A stretch of DNA of 64,000 nucleotides from Candidatus Woesearchaeota archaeon (GCA_964651965.1 CAZYZS010000002.1:17164-81163); one strand, 5' to 3'. Positions 35,943-46,720 are shown, counted from the stretch's first letter. The notes: generated by a model from the letters alone, not told the origin. A program made the numbers and translations.

Positions 35943-36749
35943 ATGAGAAACATACCAACAAAAGAAAATTATGATGGATTTGTTATGGAACTAGTTGGAG
36001 GACTGGGAAAGAAACATCCTGATATTTGTTTTTATGCTTATGGTTCATATATTGATGGGAACTGCAATTATGGCAGGAGCGATATTGATGGAGGTTTGAT
36101 ATTAAATTCAGGAATTGTCACACCTAAAGAAGAAGTATTGGATCTTGCAGCAGATCTTGCAAGCGCTTTAGGCAAAAATAGGGTAAAAACCCAGTTTAAT
36201 TTACTAGACAAGGGAACTTGTAGAGACGGAAGATTCTTGGCATATACCAAAGATTACACTGATTGGATTAGGAGAGTAGGCAAGGTACTTTCAGGTCCAA
36301 ATTATCTGGAAGATTTGAATGGATTGGACTTTAAATCAGGGGTTCTTCACAATGCCGCGTTTAATTTAAGGAAAGCAAGGAACAATCTCTTGTACTCTTT
36401 TGATACAATTAACACTGATCCGAACAGATTTCGGGAAAGAACCGAAAAAGTTTTAGAAACTTTAGCTAAACTTCCCAAATTCCTCATATGGCTAAGAAGA
36501 GGGGATATTGTTGTTCCGAGAGTCAGAGGTAGAGAAGAATTAAGAAAAATGCTGGGGGATGTAGACTTAAGCTTTCTTGAAGAATTAGAGGGCTTGCTGA
36601 CTCAACCTTCTAAGTTTTATTCTGAGCTCGAAGACACTGACAGAGCATTAAGCTTAATGGTTAAAGGCGTGGATACAATGGAACAGATGGTTCAAGCTTA
36701 TGTTCGAGAATTTCCAAAGGCTTCTGCAAGAGAGCTAAGGAAATTATGA
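35943..36749 (+). CDS. Pol-beta-like nucleotidyltransferase fold protein
   Basis: YGSY...GRSDIDG motif. Confidence 0.65.
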   Translation: MRNIPTKENYDGFVMELVGGLGKKHPDICFYAYGSYIDGNCNYGRSDIDGGLILNSGIVTPKEEVLDLAADLASALGKNRVKTQFNLLDKGTCRDGRFLAYTKDYTDWIRRVGKVLSGPNYLEDLNGLDFKSGVLHNAAFNLRKARNNLLYSFDTINTDPNRFRERTEKVLETLAKLPKFLIWLRRGDIVVPRVRGREELRKMLGDVDLSFLEELEGLLTQPSKFYSELEDTDRALSLMVKGVDTMEQMVQAYVREFPKASARELRKL

Positions 36750-36826
36750 TTTTCAAGAAGAATAATTTTTGAATATCTTCTGCCCTTTATCGTTAGATTT
36801 TTAAAGCGTTAGACATTAAGATACTT

Positions 36827-38002
36827 ATGGTAAAAAGAGGCATAGTAAAGGTAGTTTTTGGTGGATGGTACCAAAGGACGACCCTACATCTTTCAGAAGT
36901 GTTTCATTTTTTTTCTGAAGGAACTTCGCTTGAGAATTTCCCAAAAGACCAACTGCTCGCGTATAGAGATAGCCTTAATCTCGTCTCTGCCCAGAGGGAA
37001 TTTGGTAATCTAGAGAAAATAAAAGCAATAACGAAAGAAGGTATTAAGATAACTTATTATGAGGATGGGCTTTATCTTCTTGAGATAGCTTCTTCGGATG
37101 TGAAGAAATCTAAACAAATATTAAGCGAATATTACGAGAAAAGATTCGCACCGGCTATAAATTATATTTTTTCATTAGGTGCCCCAACTCCGAAAATCCT
37201 TTCAAATATCAGATATCCTCATTCAATAATAGTTGAAGTACTCCAAGAAAACTCCAAGAGTTATTCAGTTGATCCACGATTTGGAAGAGTTTACAGCAAG
37301 ATTTCTTATAGAGATTTTACAGTTTCCAAGACTAAAGATTATATTTTTATAGTTCTGCCTGAAAGAAAACAGGAATTTTTCGAGCCATTGAATGAAATGC
37401 AGATTTTCTTCAGGGAGTTTAAGCAGCAACTCTGGAAATATCTGAGGATACATCGAAAAGTCTGGGAAGAGATTGATAGGGTAATTGAAACTGGCAAGAT
37501 AAGAGGGAAAGAAATAAGCGAGAGATTGGGCAAGCTGCGAAGTTATCGAAGGACAGTAGGCCTGATACGTAATAGGATTAATCAGATGGACACTTATGTT
37601 AATACAAGATCTTCTCTTTCAAAATACCTTAAAGTTGATGAGCCCTTCAGAGTGCTGTTCGAATATCGCTTTGAAGACCTAACAAATACGCTAGGTTACA
37701 TTAAGGAACTATGGTCCGCAACAATAGATTATGTAGACTCTGCAATCTCTACTTTGCAGGATTTAGAAAACAGCGCAAGTGAAAGGAATCTAGAGTCAAT
37801 TAAAATCATCGCAAGCGTAGGTGTCATTTCTTTAGTTTTGGGATATCTCGCAGCAGAAAACTACCCAGCAGTCACTTTAGTGGGAGTTATCTCCCTTCTA
37901 GGATTTGCAGTTGCTGCATGGCTAATCGATTTTATAATAAAACTCTTTGCAGAAAACAGAAATTACGAAATAGTCTTTGACGAATTAGAGACAAGTTTAT
38001 AA
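36827..38002 (+). CDS. Hypothetical protein with helical stalk and two C-terminal TM helices (CorA-like topology)
   Basis: 391 aa, long helices then 2 TMs; no GMN motif. Confidence 0.65.
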   Translation: MVKRGIVKVVFGGWYQRTTLHLSEVFHFFSEGTSLENFPKDQLLAYRDSLNLVSAQREFGNLEKIKAITKEGIKITYYEDGLYLLEIASSDVKKSKQILSEYYEKRFAPAINYIFSLGAPTPKILSNIRYPHSIIVEVLQENSKSYSVDPRFGRVYSKISYRDFTVSKTKDYIFIVLPERKQEFFEPLNEMQIFFREFKQQLWKYLRIHRKVWEEIDRVIETGKIRGKEISERLGKLRSYRRTVGLIRNRINQMDTYVNTRSSLSKYLKVDEPFRVLFEYRFEDLTNTLGYIKELWSATIDYVDSAISTLQDLENSASERNLESIKIIASVGVISLVLGYLAAENYPAVTLVGVISLLGFAVAAWLIDFIIKLFAENRNYEIVFDELETSL

Positions 38003-38056
38003 TTTTTCTAACGAATCCCAAACATTTAAAAAAGTCTAAAATGTACCTTTAATTAT

Positions 38057-38088
38057 GCGCTGGTAGTATAGTGGTTAGTAATAATAGC
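38057..38088 (+). pseudogene. 5' fragment of a tRNA-Gly gene
   Basis: GCGCTGGTAGTATAGTGGTTAGTA(ATAATAGC) resembles the 5' end of the tRNA-Gly at 38954 and follows the same 22-bp promoter block. Confidence 0.7.
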
Positions 38089-38120
38089 AAGGTTTATAAA
38101 TAAAAAAGCTCTTAGAGATA

Positions 38121-38963
38121 ATGTCCTATTTTATAAAACTTGACGCTAAAGAGAGAAAAATCCTTATTCAGGAAGCAAAAGCTAACTCTTCTAAAAATTA
38201 TTGCGAATTTGCTAAAATTTTGGGGGTAAGCCGAGATATGGTTTTTAAATATTCCCGAGGAGATTACTTACTACCTAAAGAAATGTTCTATAAACTAATT
38301 GGGTTGTCTAAGCAGCATCCCAAAAGATATAAGATACTTAAAAAAGAGAAATATAATCGGAAGATTTTTACAATACCCAGTTTAAATGAAGACCTGGCAG
38401 AAATTTTTGGCGTTTTAAATGGAGATGGCCATCTAAGCAGGATAAATCACGAAATATCAGTAATCGGAAATGTTAAAACAGATGAGGTTTATTTTAGATA
38501 CCTCCAAAAGAAGTTTAAAAAAGTTTTTGGAATAGCATTTAAGGTAGAAAAATTTGAACGCTGTCTCAAGTTAAGGGCTTACTCTGTAGATTTAGTCAAC
38601 TGGCTTCACGAGGCCCATAATTTACCAAAAGGCAAGAAAAAAGGAAGTCTGACTATCCCCCCCGCTATTTTAGATAGTAACCTCCTTCTAACCTCTTATT
38701 TTAGAGGGCTATTTGATACAGATGGAACATTCTACACAAGGAGAATAAATGAGCCGGTTATTGAAATCTCAAGTGCAGACAAAAATTATCTGATGCAGAT
38801 TAAAGAAGGCCTTTCTTTTTTGGGATTCAACGTAGGTCTTGGAGAACATCGGGCGTTTATATACAACAGGAAAGAAATCAAAAAATTCTTTACTTATATA
38901 GAACCGGCCAATCCCAAACATTTAAAAAAGTTCATATTTTACAATAAAGATATGCGTGGGTAG
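38121..38963 (+). CDS. LAGLIDADG homing endonuclease with N-terminal HTH
   Basis: LAEIFGVLNGDG and YFRGLFDTDG motifs; N-terminal FAKILGVSRDMVFKY; stop inside tRNA-Gly. Confidence 0.9.
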   Translation: MSYFIKLDAKERKILIQEAKANSSKNYCEFAKILGVSRDMVFKYSRGDYLLPKEMFYKLIGLSKQHPKRYKILKKEKYNRKIFTIPSLNEDLAEIFGVLNGDGHLSRINHEISVIGNVKTDEVYFRYLQKKFKKVFGIAFKVEKFERCLKLRAYSVDLVNWLHEAHNLPKGKKKGSLTIPPAILDSNLLLTSYFRGLFDTDGTFYTRRINEPVIEISSADKNYLMQIKEGLSFLGFNVGLGEHRAFIYNRKEIKKFFTYIEPANPKHLKKFIFYNKDMRG

Positions 38964-39026
38964 TATAACGGCTCAGTACAATAGCCTTCCAAGCTATTTA
39001 TCCGGGTTCGAATCCCGGCCCGCGCA
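38954..39026 (+). tRNA. tRNA-Gly(TCC)
   Basis: GCGTGGG/CCCGCGC acceptor, ATAGC-CTTCCAA-GCTAT, GGTTCGAATCC. Confidence 0.93.
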
Positions 39027-39079
39027 TATAAAAAGCCTTATAAACCGATTATTTCTTGTTGAAATAACGAATATCCAAA

Positions 39080-39973
39080 ATGGAAGAAACACAAAAAACA
39101 GAAAAACAATCTTGGTATAATAAATGGTACAAGGTTTTATTTGTAATACCCATAATAATAATGGTTCTTTCTTTAATTTATTTGGGGATGTTTTATTCTA
39201 AACACAAGGATATTATGTATAGGGATGTTTCTCTTTCAGGAGGGACAACTATTACCTTAAAAGGAGATGTAGATTCGGCAGATTTTGAGAGCTCATTGAA
39301 ACAAAATTTTCCAGATGTTAGTTTTAGAAGATTAACTAACTTAAGGACAGGCGAGCCAATAGCTCTTATGATAGAAAGCTCATCTTCCCCAGAGGTGCTG
39401 AAGTCGGCAGTAGAATCTGAACTCGGCTATAATTTGACTTCTGATAATTCAAGCGTAGAGTTTACTGGAGCAACTTTAAGCCAGGGTTTTTATAAGCAGT
39501 TGATTTATGCTCTCATTGCCTCTTTTATACTAATGGCGATAGTTATCTTTATTCTCTTCAGGACTTTTATTCCAGGTGCAGCAGTTCTTTTTGCAGTATT
39601 TTCAGATTTAGTTATAACCCTTGCAGTAGTAGACTATTTTGGAATCAAGCTTTCAGCAGCAGGCATAGCCGCTTTTCTTATGCTAATAGGTTATGCTGTA
39701 GATGATAACATTCTGTTAACAACCCGCGCTCTTAAGAAAAAAGAAGGCCCACTCAACAAAAGACTTTATGGGGCATTTAAAACCGGTATTTTAATGACTG
39801 GAACTGCTTTAGCAGCAATCATTCCTGTTTTGCTCTTGATGGGCACCCTGCCAGACTCTTTCAAACAGATTTTTTTAATCCTCGCTCTTGGCTTGGTTGC
39901 GGACCTATTCAACACTTGGCTCACAAACGTGGGGATAATTAAATGGTATTGTGATAAAAAACACATAGATTAA
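39080..39973 (+). CDS. secF: Protein translocase subunit SecF
   Basis: DVSLSGGT, IAAFLMLIGYAVDDNILLT. Confidence 0.92.
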   Translation: MEETQKTEKQSWYNKWYKVLFVIPIIIMVLSLIYLGMFYSKHKDIMYRDVSLSGGTTITLKGDVDSADFESSLKQNFPDVSFRRLTNLRTGEPIALMIESSSSPEVLKSAVESELGYNLTSDNSSVEFTGATLSQGFYKQLIYALIASFILMAIVIFILFRTFIPGAAVLFAVFSDLVITLAVVDYFGIKLSAAGIAAFLMLIGYAVDDNILLTTRALKKKEGPLNKRLYGAFKTGILMTGTALAAIIPVLLLMGTLPDSFKQIFLILALGLVADLFNTWLTNVGIIKWYCDKKHID

Positions 39974-39975
39974 AA

Positions 39976-41487
39976 ATGGCTAGATTTACAATAAGAATTT
40001 GGATTTTGATCGTTGCACTAGTCCTGGCCCTTCTAATAATAAAACCTAATTTTGAGTCAGGCCTTATTATAAAATCTGTGGATTCCAATTCAACTGCTTT
40101 TGAATCAGGCCTACGTTCTGGGCAGATAATAAAGTCCATAGATGGCCAGGAAATAAAATCCATGGAAGATTTTTCAAAAGCGCTTGAAAAGTTTCCAACA
40201 GAAGAGAAAACGAAACTGATAATCACCACCAAAGATCAAACTCATACTTTATTTACTAACGAAACCCCTCAAATAACCGTTGATAAAATACCTTCTACAA
40301 GCGTAAAATTTGGGCTGGACATTGCGGGAGGCTCTAGGGCCCTGGTAAAGCCAGAAGCGCAGCTCTCCACTTCCGAGCTCAACGACCTTATCGCAGTAAC
40401 CACTGAGCGCTTGAATGTCTACGGACTGACAGATATAATCATTAGACCTACTTCAGATTTATCAGGCAATAATTATATGTTGATTGAGATAGCTGGAGCA
40501 AATCCTTCAGAACTGGAGGAATTGGTTGCAAAACAGGGCAAGTTTGAAGCAAAGATAGGAAATGAAACAGTCTTTATTGGAGGAGAAAAAGACATAGCTT
40601 CAGTATGCAGAAACGACGCCTCTTGCTCGGGAATAGAAGCTTGTTATGCTGTTGAAGGGGGGCAATTATGCAGATTCCGATTCGTGGTGCACTTAAGTGA
40701 AGAAGCAGCTAAAAAGCATGCAGATATAACTTCTAAACTTGGAGTTAATGCTACAGGAGAAGGAAGATATCTTGATCAAAAGCTGGACCTTTATCTAGAT
40801 GACAAATTAGTAGATTCTCTTTTTATAAGCGAGGACTTAAAAGGCAGGGTCACTACCCAAATACAGATTCAGGGTTCAGGCACTGGTGCATCGCGAGAAG
40901 ATGCATTTAATGCTGCTCAAAAGAGTATGCAGAAACTGCAGACTGTTTTAATAACTGGCAGCTTGCCTTATAAATTAGAGATTGCCAAGTTGGATACAAT
41001 TTCTCCTTCTTTAGGCAAAGAATTCACAGGAAATATTTTAGTTCTAGGGTTAGTGGTTTTTATTGCAGTCTCTGTAGTGCTTTTCGTAAAATATAGAAGA
41101 ATAAAAATAACTTCTGCTGTAATTTTGACCATGTTTTCTGAAGCATTTTTAACCCTTGGCATAGCCGCATTAATAAGGTGGAATCTGGATGCTCCAAGCA
41201 TAGCAGGCATTATTGCGGGCATGGGAACAGGAGTGAATGACCAGATAGTTATAATTGATGAGTCTGTATCCGCAGGTTCTTCTAGCATTAAAGAAAGGAT
41301 AAAAAGAGCTTTGTTCATAATAGTTGGAGCTTTTTTTACAATAATTGCTGCAATGCTCCCATTATTCTGGGCAGGAGCAGGATTATTAAGGGGATTTGCC
41401 TTAACTACTATCATCTCGGTTTCAGTCGGCATCTTAATAACCCGTCCAGCTTTTGCAGATATGATAAAAAAAATACAGCAATCGTAA
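39976..41487 (+). CDS. secD: Protein translocase subunit SecD (with PDZ-like insert)
   Basis: FGLDIAGG, ERLNVYGL, GSLP, GTGVNDQIVIIDE, GFALTT. Confidence 0.92.
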   Translation: MARFTIRIWILIVALVLALLIIKPNFESGLIIKSVDSNSTAFESGLRSGQIIKSIDGQEIKSMEDFSKALEKFPTEEKTKLIITTKDQTHTLFTNETPQITVDKIPSTSVKFGLDIAGGSRALVKPEAQLSTSELNDLIAVTTERLNVYGLTDIIIRPTSDLSGNNYMLIEIAGANPSELEELVAKQGKFEAKIGNETVFIGGEKDIASVCRNDASCSGIEACYAVEGGQLCRFRFVVHLSEEAAKKHADITSKLGVNATGEGRYLDQKLDLYLDDKLVDSLFISEDLKGRVTTQIQIQGSGTGASREDAFNAAQKSMQKLQTVLITGSLPYKLEIAKLDTISPSLGKEFTGNILVLGLVVFIAVSVVLFVKYRRIKITSAVILTMFSEAFLTLGIAALIRWNLDAPSIAGIIAGMGTGVNDQIVIIDESVSAGSSSIKERIKRALFIIVGAFFTIIAAMLPLFWAGAGLLRGFALTTIISVSVGILITRPAFADMIKKIQQS

Positions 41488-41503
41488 AATTTGAAAAAAG
41501 AGA

Positions 41504-41950
41504 ATGCTACCGCAAACCCATATCCTGCTGGGATTCTTATTTTCTGTAATTGTCTTGGCCGTCTTTGATGTGTCTTTGATTTCTGCCTTCTTGATTTTCT
41601 TATCCTCTTTTTTGATAGACCTTGATCACTATGCTTACGGCGTTTACAAGAAAAAAACTCTGAATTTTAGAAAGATATGCTCTTTTTTTATAGAGCATAG
41701 GGTGCAATGGCGAAAATTATCTCTTGCCGAAAAGAAGAAAAGCAAATTCCCTATATTGGTATTTCACGGTTTTGAGTTATTCTTAGTGATTCTTTTGTTA
41801 TCTTTTTGGTTCCATTTTTTTATATTTATCTTTCTGGGATGTCTCTTTCATATGTTTTTAGACTACATAGATATTTTTTTAAATAAAGACCCCCTTTATG
41901 TAAAATTATCTCCTGTTTACGTATATCTGAACAACAAGAATAAAAAATAA
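41504..41950 (+). CDS. Membrane-bound metal-dependent hydrolase-like protein
   Basis: TH, LIDLDH, FHGFE, HMFLD motifs. Confidence 0.7.
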   Translation: MLPQTHILLGFLFSVIVLAVFDVSLISAFLIFLSSFLIDLDHYAYGVYKKKTLNFRKICSFFIEHRVQWRKLSLAEKKKSKFPILVFHGFELFLVILLLSFWFHFFIFIFLGCLFHMFLDYIDIFLNKDPLYVKLSPVYVYLNNKNKK

Positions 41951-41995
41951 TTAAGCTACGTAAACATTAAAAACAACAAAACAGGCATATTAGCT

Positions 41996-43507
41996 ATGAA
42001 AGCCGCCTTAAAAAAAAGTATAGTCAAAAATTCTTTTTGGAGTTTTTGGACTTCTTTTGTAAACAGAGTTGGAGCGTTAGTATTTACAATAATTCTTACG
42101 CGTTTTCTTTTGCCAGAGGGTTTTGGAATCTATTCTATTGTTCTTTCAATAGCAATGATCTTTTACACTTTTACAGAGCTCGGGACAAACAATGCTCTTA
42201 AACGATATGTTTCTTATGCCTTGTCAAGGGAACGTAAAAAAGTTTATTCTTATTATAGTTATCTATTAAGAATCAAATTAACTTTAGCCTTTATAACTTC
42301 CTGCTTTGTTTTTTTGTTGGCTTATCCCATTTCTTATTATATTTTCAAAAATACAGCCCTCTTTGTCCCTCTTTTAGTATCTTCTTTATACATCTTTATA
42401 ATGGCAATAGAGAGTTTTTATGCGAGTATTTTTTATTCAATAGAAAAAACAGAGTTCACCACCCTAAGATATGCCCTGGAACAGATACTCCGCATAGGCT
42501 TTGCCGTTGGAATTTTTATTTTTGTGGCGTCATCAAGCCAGGTAGCTGGCCTTTTTATCACTTTCACCCTTGTTTCATCAATCCTGCTTTTTATGAATCT
42601 TTTTTACCTGAAAAAACTTAGCCCGATAATTTTCATAAAGAACTCTGCAGAAATAGACAAAAGGAGGATAAGAAAATTCATAAATTTTCTTATAATCGCC
42701 TCGGTATCCGGGGTCTTTTTTACATATGTAGATTCTATCCTTCTGGGATTTTTTCTTGAGCCCCAATATGTAGGGTATTATCGTGCAGCTTATTCCCTTG
42801 TACTAGGAGTTGCAGGGATACTTTCATTTTCAACTCCGGTCTTACTTCCTTTTTTTACAAAAATAAACAAGAAAGGAGTTAAATTTCTATTTAATGAGTC
42901 TTTCAGGCTGCTTTCGATAATCCTAGTGCCTTCTGTGTTTGGCTTAATTATCCTTGGAAGATTTTTTGTACGAATGTTTTTCGGTTATCCATTCCTGCCT
43001 TCTGTTGTATCTTTGCACATCCTTTCTTTTTTGGTCTTCCCAGTTGTTTTCATAAATATGTTCTTATCTCTCTTTTCAGCCAAAGAAAAAACAAATATAT
43101 CGGCAAAGCTGATTATATGCACATCTGTCCTGAATGTTGTCTTAAACCTCGTATTTATCTTACTTTTTTTACGCATCTCCCCAATTTTTGCGACCGTAGG
43201 AGCCGCATTAGCAACCACCATAAGCTGGTTCTTTTATTTTATCGGTTTTGTATATGAGTCTAAGAGAAATATGGGCATAACTGTTCCATTTAAATCCCTG
43301 AGCAAGCCCTTCTTTTCTTCTATTATTATGTCTATATTTTTAATTATAGCGACTAGCCTGATAAAAGATATGAACCTTTTTCTGGGAATTTTCGTGGTCC
43401 TAGCCGCAGCAGCAGTTTATCTTATAGTCTTGATTATGCTTAAAGGAATTACAATAAAAGATTTAAACCTACTAAAAATCCTTGTTAGTAATGAAAAAAC
43501 TCGCTAA
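41996..43507 (+). CDS. Polysaccharide flippase (Wzx/MOP family)
   Basis: TRFLLPEGFG, VDSILLG, VGYYRAA, GAALAT; ~14 TM. Confidence 0.92.
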   Translation: MKAALKKSIVKNSFWSFWTSFVNRVGALVFTIILTRFLLPEGFGIYSIVLSIAMIFYTFTELGTNNALKRYVSYALSRERKKVYSYYSYLLRIKLTLAFITSCFVFLLAYPISYYIFKNTALFVPLLVSSLYIFIMAIESFYASIFYSIEKTEFTTLRYALEQILRIGFAVGIFIFVASSSQVAGLFITFTLVSSILLFMNLFYLKKLSPIIFIKNSAEIDKRRIRKFINFLIIASVSGVFFTYVDSILLGFFLEPQYVGYYRAAYSLVLGVAGILSFSTPVLLPFFTKINKKGVKFLFNESFRLLSIILVPSVFGLIILGRFFVRMFFGYPFLPSVVSLHILSFLVFPVVFINMFLSLFSAKEKTNISAKLIICTSVLNVVLNLVFILLFLRISPIFATVGAALATTISWFFYFIGFVYESKRNMGITVPFKSLSKPFFSSIIMSIFLIIATSLIKDMNLFLGIFVVLAAAAVYLIVLIMLKGITIKDLNLLKILVSNEKTR

Positions 43508-43985
43508 GCTAAATCTAGGCTGCGGTAGGGACATTAAAAAGGATTTCATAAACGTAGATTACAAAAAATTCGATGGAGTAGACTTGGTTTATGATCTTAA
43601 TAAGATCCCTTATCCATTTAAAGACAATACTTTTGATGAGATACTACTAAGAAATATTTTAGAGCATCTTGAAAATCCATTAAGTATCTTGAAGGAAGTT
43701 CGCAGGATTTCAAAACCGCATGCAAAAATTTTTATTAAAGCGCCTCATTTTTCAAGCAACAATGCTTGGGGCGATATAGAGCATAAACGGCCCTTTTCTA
43801 GTCAGACCTTCAAAAACGAAAATATTTCTGGCTTTTTTCGTTTAATAAACCAGAGGATAACTTTTTCCCATTTTAGATTTTTTATGAGACCCATCGCAAA
43901 AATAAACCCCCTTTTTTATGAGAAACATCTGGCATTTATTTTCCCGGCAGTCGATGTAGAGGCAGAGCTCGAGGTTATAAAATGA
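43491..43985 (+). CDS. SAM-dependent methyltransferase (type 11-like)
   Basis: LNLGCG, DLNKIPYPF, LEHL. Confidence 0.88.
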   Translation: MKKLAKLNLGCGRDIKKDFINVDYKKFDGVDLVYDLNKIPYPFKDNTFDEILLRNILEHLENPLSILKEVRRISKPHAKIFIKAPHFSSNNAWGDIEHKRPFSSQTFKNENISGFFRLINQRITFSHFRFFMRPIAKINPLFYEKHLAFIFPAVDVEAELEVIK

Positions 43986-45121
43986 AGCTAGGATACGGGT
44001 TAAGAAAAAACTTTATAGTAATAGAAAATCAGATAAAAAGAGCTTTTAGTTTGTGCCTATTTCTCTCTTGGCTTCTTTTCGACCCCAGCAAATTTAAAAA
44101 AATAAAACCAGAAAAAATAAAAAGTCTCCTCGTAGTTAATATGGGAAAAACAGTTGGCGACTTTTATCTGCTTCTTGGAATGTTAAATAAGCTTAATAAG
44201 AATTATCCAAGAGTAAGAATATATATGTTGTGTCTTGACAAAAATAAAAAATTTGTAAAAAATCCAAATATAAAAGTTTTATCCCTGTCAGAAGCAAAAA
44301 ACCTTATAAAAAAGAAAAAGATAGACTCTTTAATAAACTATACGGTTTTCTTGAAAAATATGCATTATACAAAAATTCCTTATAGAATGGGTCTTGATGA
44401 GGTAAACATCAAGGAAGTATTTAGAAAATGGCAGATGCCGGCTACAAGGAGAATATTCCCCTATAACAAAGGGATAATACGAATGTTCCTATCTTTCGAA
44501 AAACTAGGTTTCTACTTGAATAGGGAGCTTTATTTTTATTTCACAAAAGAATCAGAAAAATATGCAGAAGAATTTTATAAAAAATATAAAAAAGGTAAAG
44601 AAAAGATAATCTTTATTCACCCAGGGAGCGGAAAAGGGGCGAGATCTTCCCAAGAAAAGGGTATTTCTTCAGCTAGCTGGCCCTCTGAAAGATGGGCAAA
44701 GGTTGCAGATAGTTTAATAAAAAGATACAATTCAAAAATTGTTTTTACAGGAGTGGAAAATGAGAAACCCATAATTCAAGAGATTATCTCTAAAATAAAG
44801 AATAAGAAAAAGGCCTTAGATGCGCCTTCAAATTTATCAGTAGAGGAGGAAGCCTCTTTGCTTAAAAGAGGCGACTTATTGGTAACCATCGATACTGCAA
44901 CAGCCCATATAGGCGCCCAAGCAGGGATTCCTCTTATAGACCTATTTGGTCCCTACCAACCAATAATTGCCATGCCTTGGACAGATAAAAAGTCAATTCT
45001 TTTTCATTCAGAAGTCTGTAGCGGGTGCAAGAAAAATATATGCCCGGAAGGCTTTCCTCAATGCATGGAATCCATAACTGTAAAAGAGGTTCTAAGAGCG
45101 GCCTCTAATTATTTGAAATAA
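43982..45121 (+). CDS. Glycosyltransferase family 9
   Basis: VGD, IHPGSG, WPSERW, IDTATAHIG, LFGP. Confidence 0.9.
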   Translation: MKLGYGLRKNFIVIENQIKRAFSLCLFLSWLLFDPSKFKKIKPEKIKSLLVVNMGKTVGDFYLLLGMLNKLNKNYPRVRIYMLCLDKNKKFVKNPNIKVLSLSEAKNLIKKKKIDSLINYTVFLKNMHYTKIPYRMGLDEVNIKEVFRKWQMPATRRIFPYNKGIIRMFLSFEKLGFYLNRELYFYFTKESEKYAEEFYKKYKKGKEKIIFIHPGSGKGARSSQEKGISSASWPSERWAKVADSLIKRYNSKIVFTGVENEKPIIQEIISKIKNKKKALDAPSNLSVEEEASLLKRGDLLVTIDTATAHIGAQAGIPLIDLFGPYQPIIAMPWTDKKSILFHSEVCSGCKKNICPEGFPQCMESITVKEVLRAASNYLK

Positions 45122-45169
45122 TAATTTCTTGTACATAATCTTTAAAAATCCTAAAACAAAGAATATCTT

Positions 45170-46669
45170 ATGAGCCTAAAAATGGAGGAATTATCCCCCG
45201 ACTTAGCAGAAAAATATGCCTGTCAAGCAGGGGAAGAATTTGTACTGGCCATGAACGAAGGGAAGTTACTTTTTGATAGAATAGAACTTCTTTCAGAGTT
45301 AGCATTCCATCAAAATAAAAAAGTTTCTGACAAGGTGCTAGAACCTCTGTTTGGGACTCTTATACACGGATTAAGAAATAGCTTTAAAAAAAGAGAGGGA
45401 GACGCATATCTGAGAATTTTCCCTTATTTTGTTTTAGCCGCAAGGGAGCAGTCAGAAATAGTTAAAGATTGGTTTAAAAAAATGGAAATTTCAGAGTCAG
45501 ACCCCTTAGACGATCTCTACAAAAAGAGTCTCGAATTAAGGGCGCAGAAAAAACAGTTAACTCAGAGCGAAATCAACAAAATAAAAAAAATAATCATATT
45601 ATCAAGAGGCACCATCGGAGCAGAAATACTGGCGGCGGGAGTATTATTTCCTCCGCTAATAGAACATTTTAAGGAAGCAGAGCTAATATTTGTAGACTCT
45701 TGTGGGGCAGGTAATCAGATCTTTAACCATCCTAGAATAAAGCTAGTGGATAAATTTGTCAATAAAGATGGCGAGGAGTTAAGCTTGAAGTGGAGTAGAA
45801 AGAGCCTTCCAATTCTAGAGCGACTCGAATATCCTGCAATATTATCTGAGTTTATCTCTATCGAAACAAATAACCTTAGTCCAGAGGAATATATAATTAT
45901 AGATGCAGACACTCGCCTTTCGCAAACAGGCGCCATGCCGCTTTCAAAAAATAATCATTATTTTATAGATACGGTTGCAGAAAGGGATGATTATGAAGAT
46001 AATAGGAGTATCGCCACTATTTGCAGCGATTATATCGGTCAGCTCCTAAATGCTCCAAGTATTCATTATCCGCAAATTTATCTTTCAGAAGGGGATAAAA
46101 AAATTGCACAAGACACCTGGAACTGTTTGGGGTTTAATAGAAGAAAGATAGTACTGGTAAGCTTCACTTCGGGGTTTGAATCAAAGACGCTCTCACCTAA
46201 TTTTGAGAAGAGACTCATTAACAAATTAATCGAATTAGGGATTACACCTTTAATCGAAAGGTCTCCAGATATCAACGAGGACAAGAAAAATGTAGGGCTG
46301 GTTAATTACATGAAGGAAAATGGGAAAGAAGTAATTGAGATTGATTTGAACAAACCTTTAAATCTTTTAGACAACAAAACTGAAGCGGCTATTTATACTT
46401 TTCAATCAAAGGTAGGCCCTCTGGCTGCTCTAATCGAAAAAAGCAATCTGGTCATAAGCTATGACTCAAAAAATCAGCACATTTCAGCTGCACTTTCCAC
46501 CCCATTCATCACCATTTTCACCGGGCATATAAATAACCTTTTTTTAAAGCGCTGGACTCCTATCTCAAAAAATTTCTCCAGGATAGTTGAAGTACAGAAA
46601 AAAGGTAACTACGAAGATGAAGCACTAAAAAATACAGAGGCTTGCTTGAAAGAATTTTTTCGCCCCTAA
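45170..46669 (+). CDS. GT9-like glycosyltransferase with N-terminal extension
   Basis: LSRGTIGAE, YDSKNQHISAALSTP. Confidence 0.7.
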   Translation: MSLKMEELSPDLAEKYACQAGEEFVLAMNEGKLLFDRIELLSELAFHQNKKVSDKVLEPLFGTLIHGLRNSFKKREGDAYLRIFPYFVLAAREQSEIVKDWFKKMEISESDPLDDLYKKSLELRAQKKQLTQSEINKIKKIIILSRGTIGAEILAAGVLFPPLIEHFKEAELIFVDSCGAGNQIFNHPRIKLVDKFVNKDGEELSLKWSRKSLPILERLEYPAILSEFISIETNNLSPEEYIIIDADTRLSQTGAMPLSKNNHYFIDTVAERDDYEDNRSIATICSDYIGQLLNAPSIHYPQIYLSEGDKKIAQDTWNCLGFNRRKIVLVSFTSGFESKTLSPNFEKRLINKLIELGITPLIERSPDINEDKKNVGLVNYMKENGKEVIEIDLNKPLNLLDNKTEAAIYTFQSKVGPLAALIEKSNLVISYDSKNQHISAALSTPFITIFTGHINNLFLKRWTPISKNFSRIVEVQKKGNYEDEALKNTEACLKEFFRP

Positions 46670-46720
46670 GACTGCCTTTTTAGAAAGGTTTTTATATTGT
46701 TTTAGGACTAACATATTAAA

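Noticed and set aside
35892..38002. Integrated element at tRNA-Arg
   Set aside because: No integrase and no duplicated tRNA 3' end found downstream
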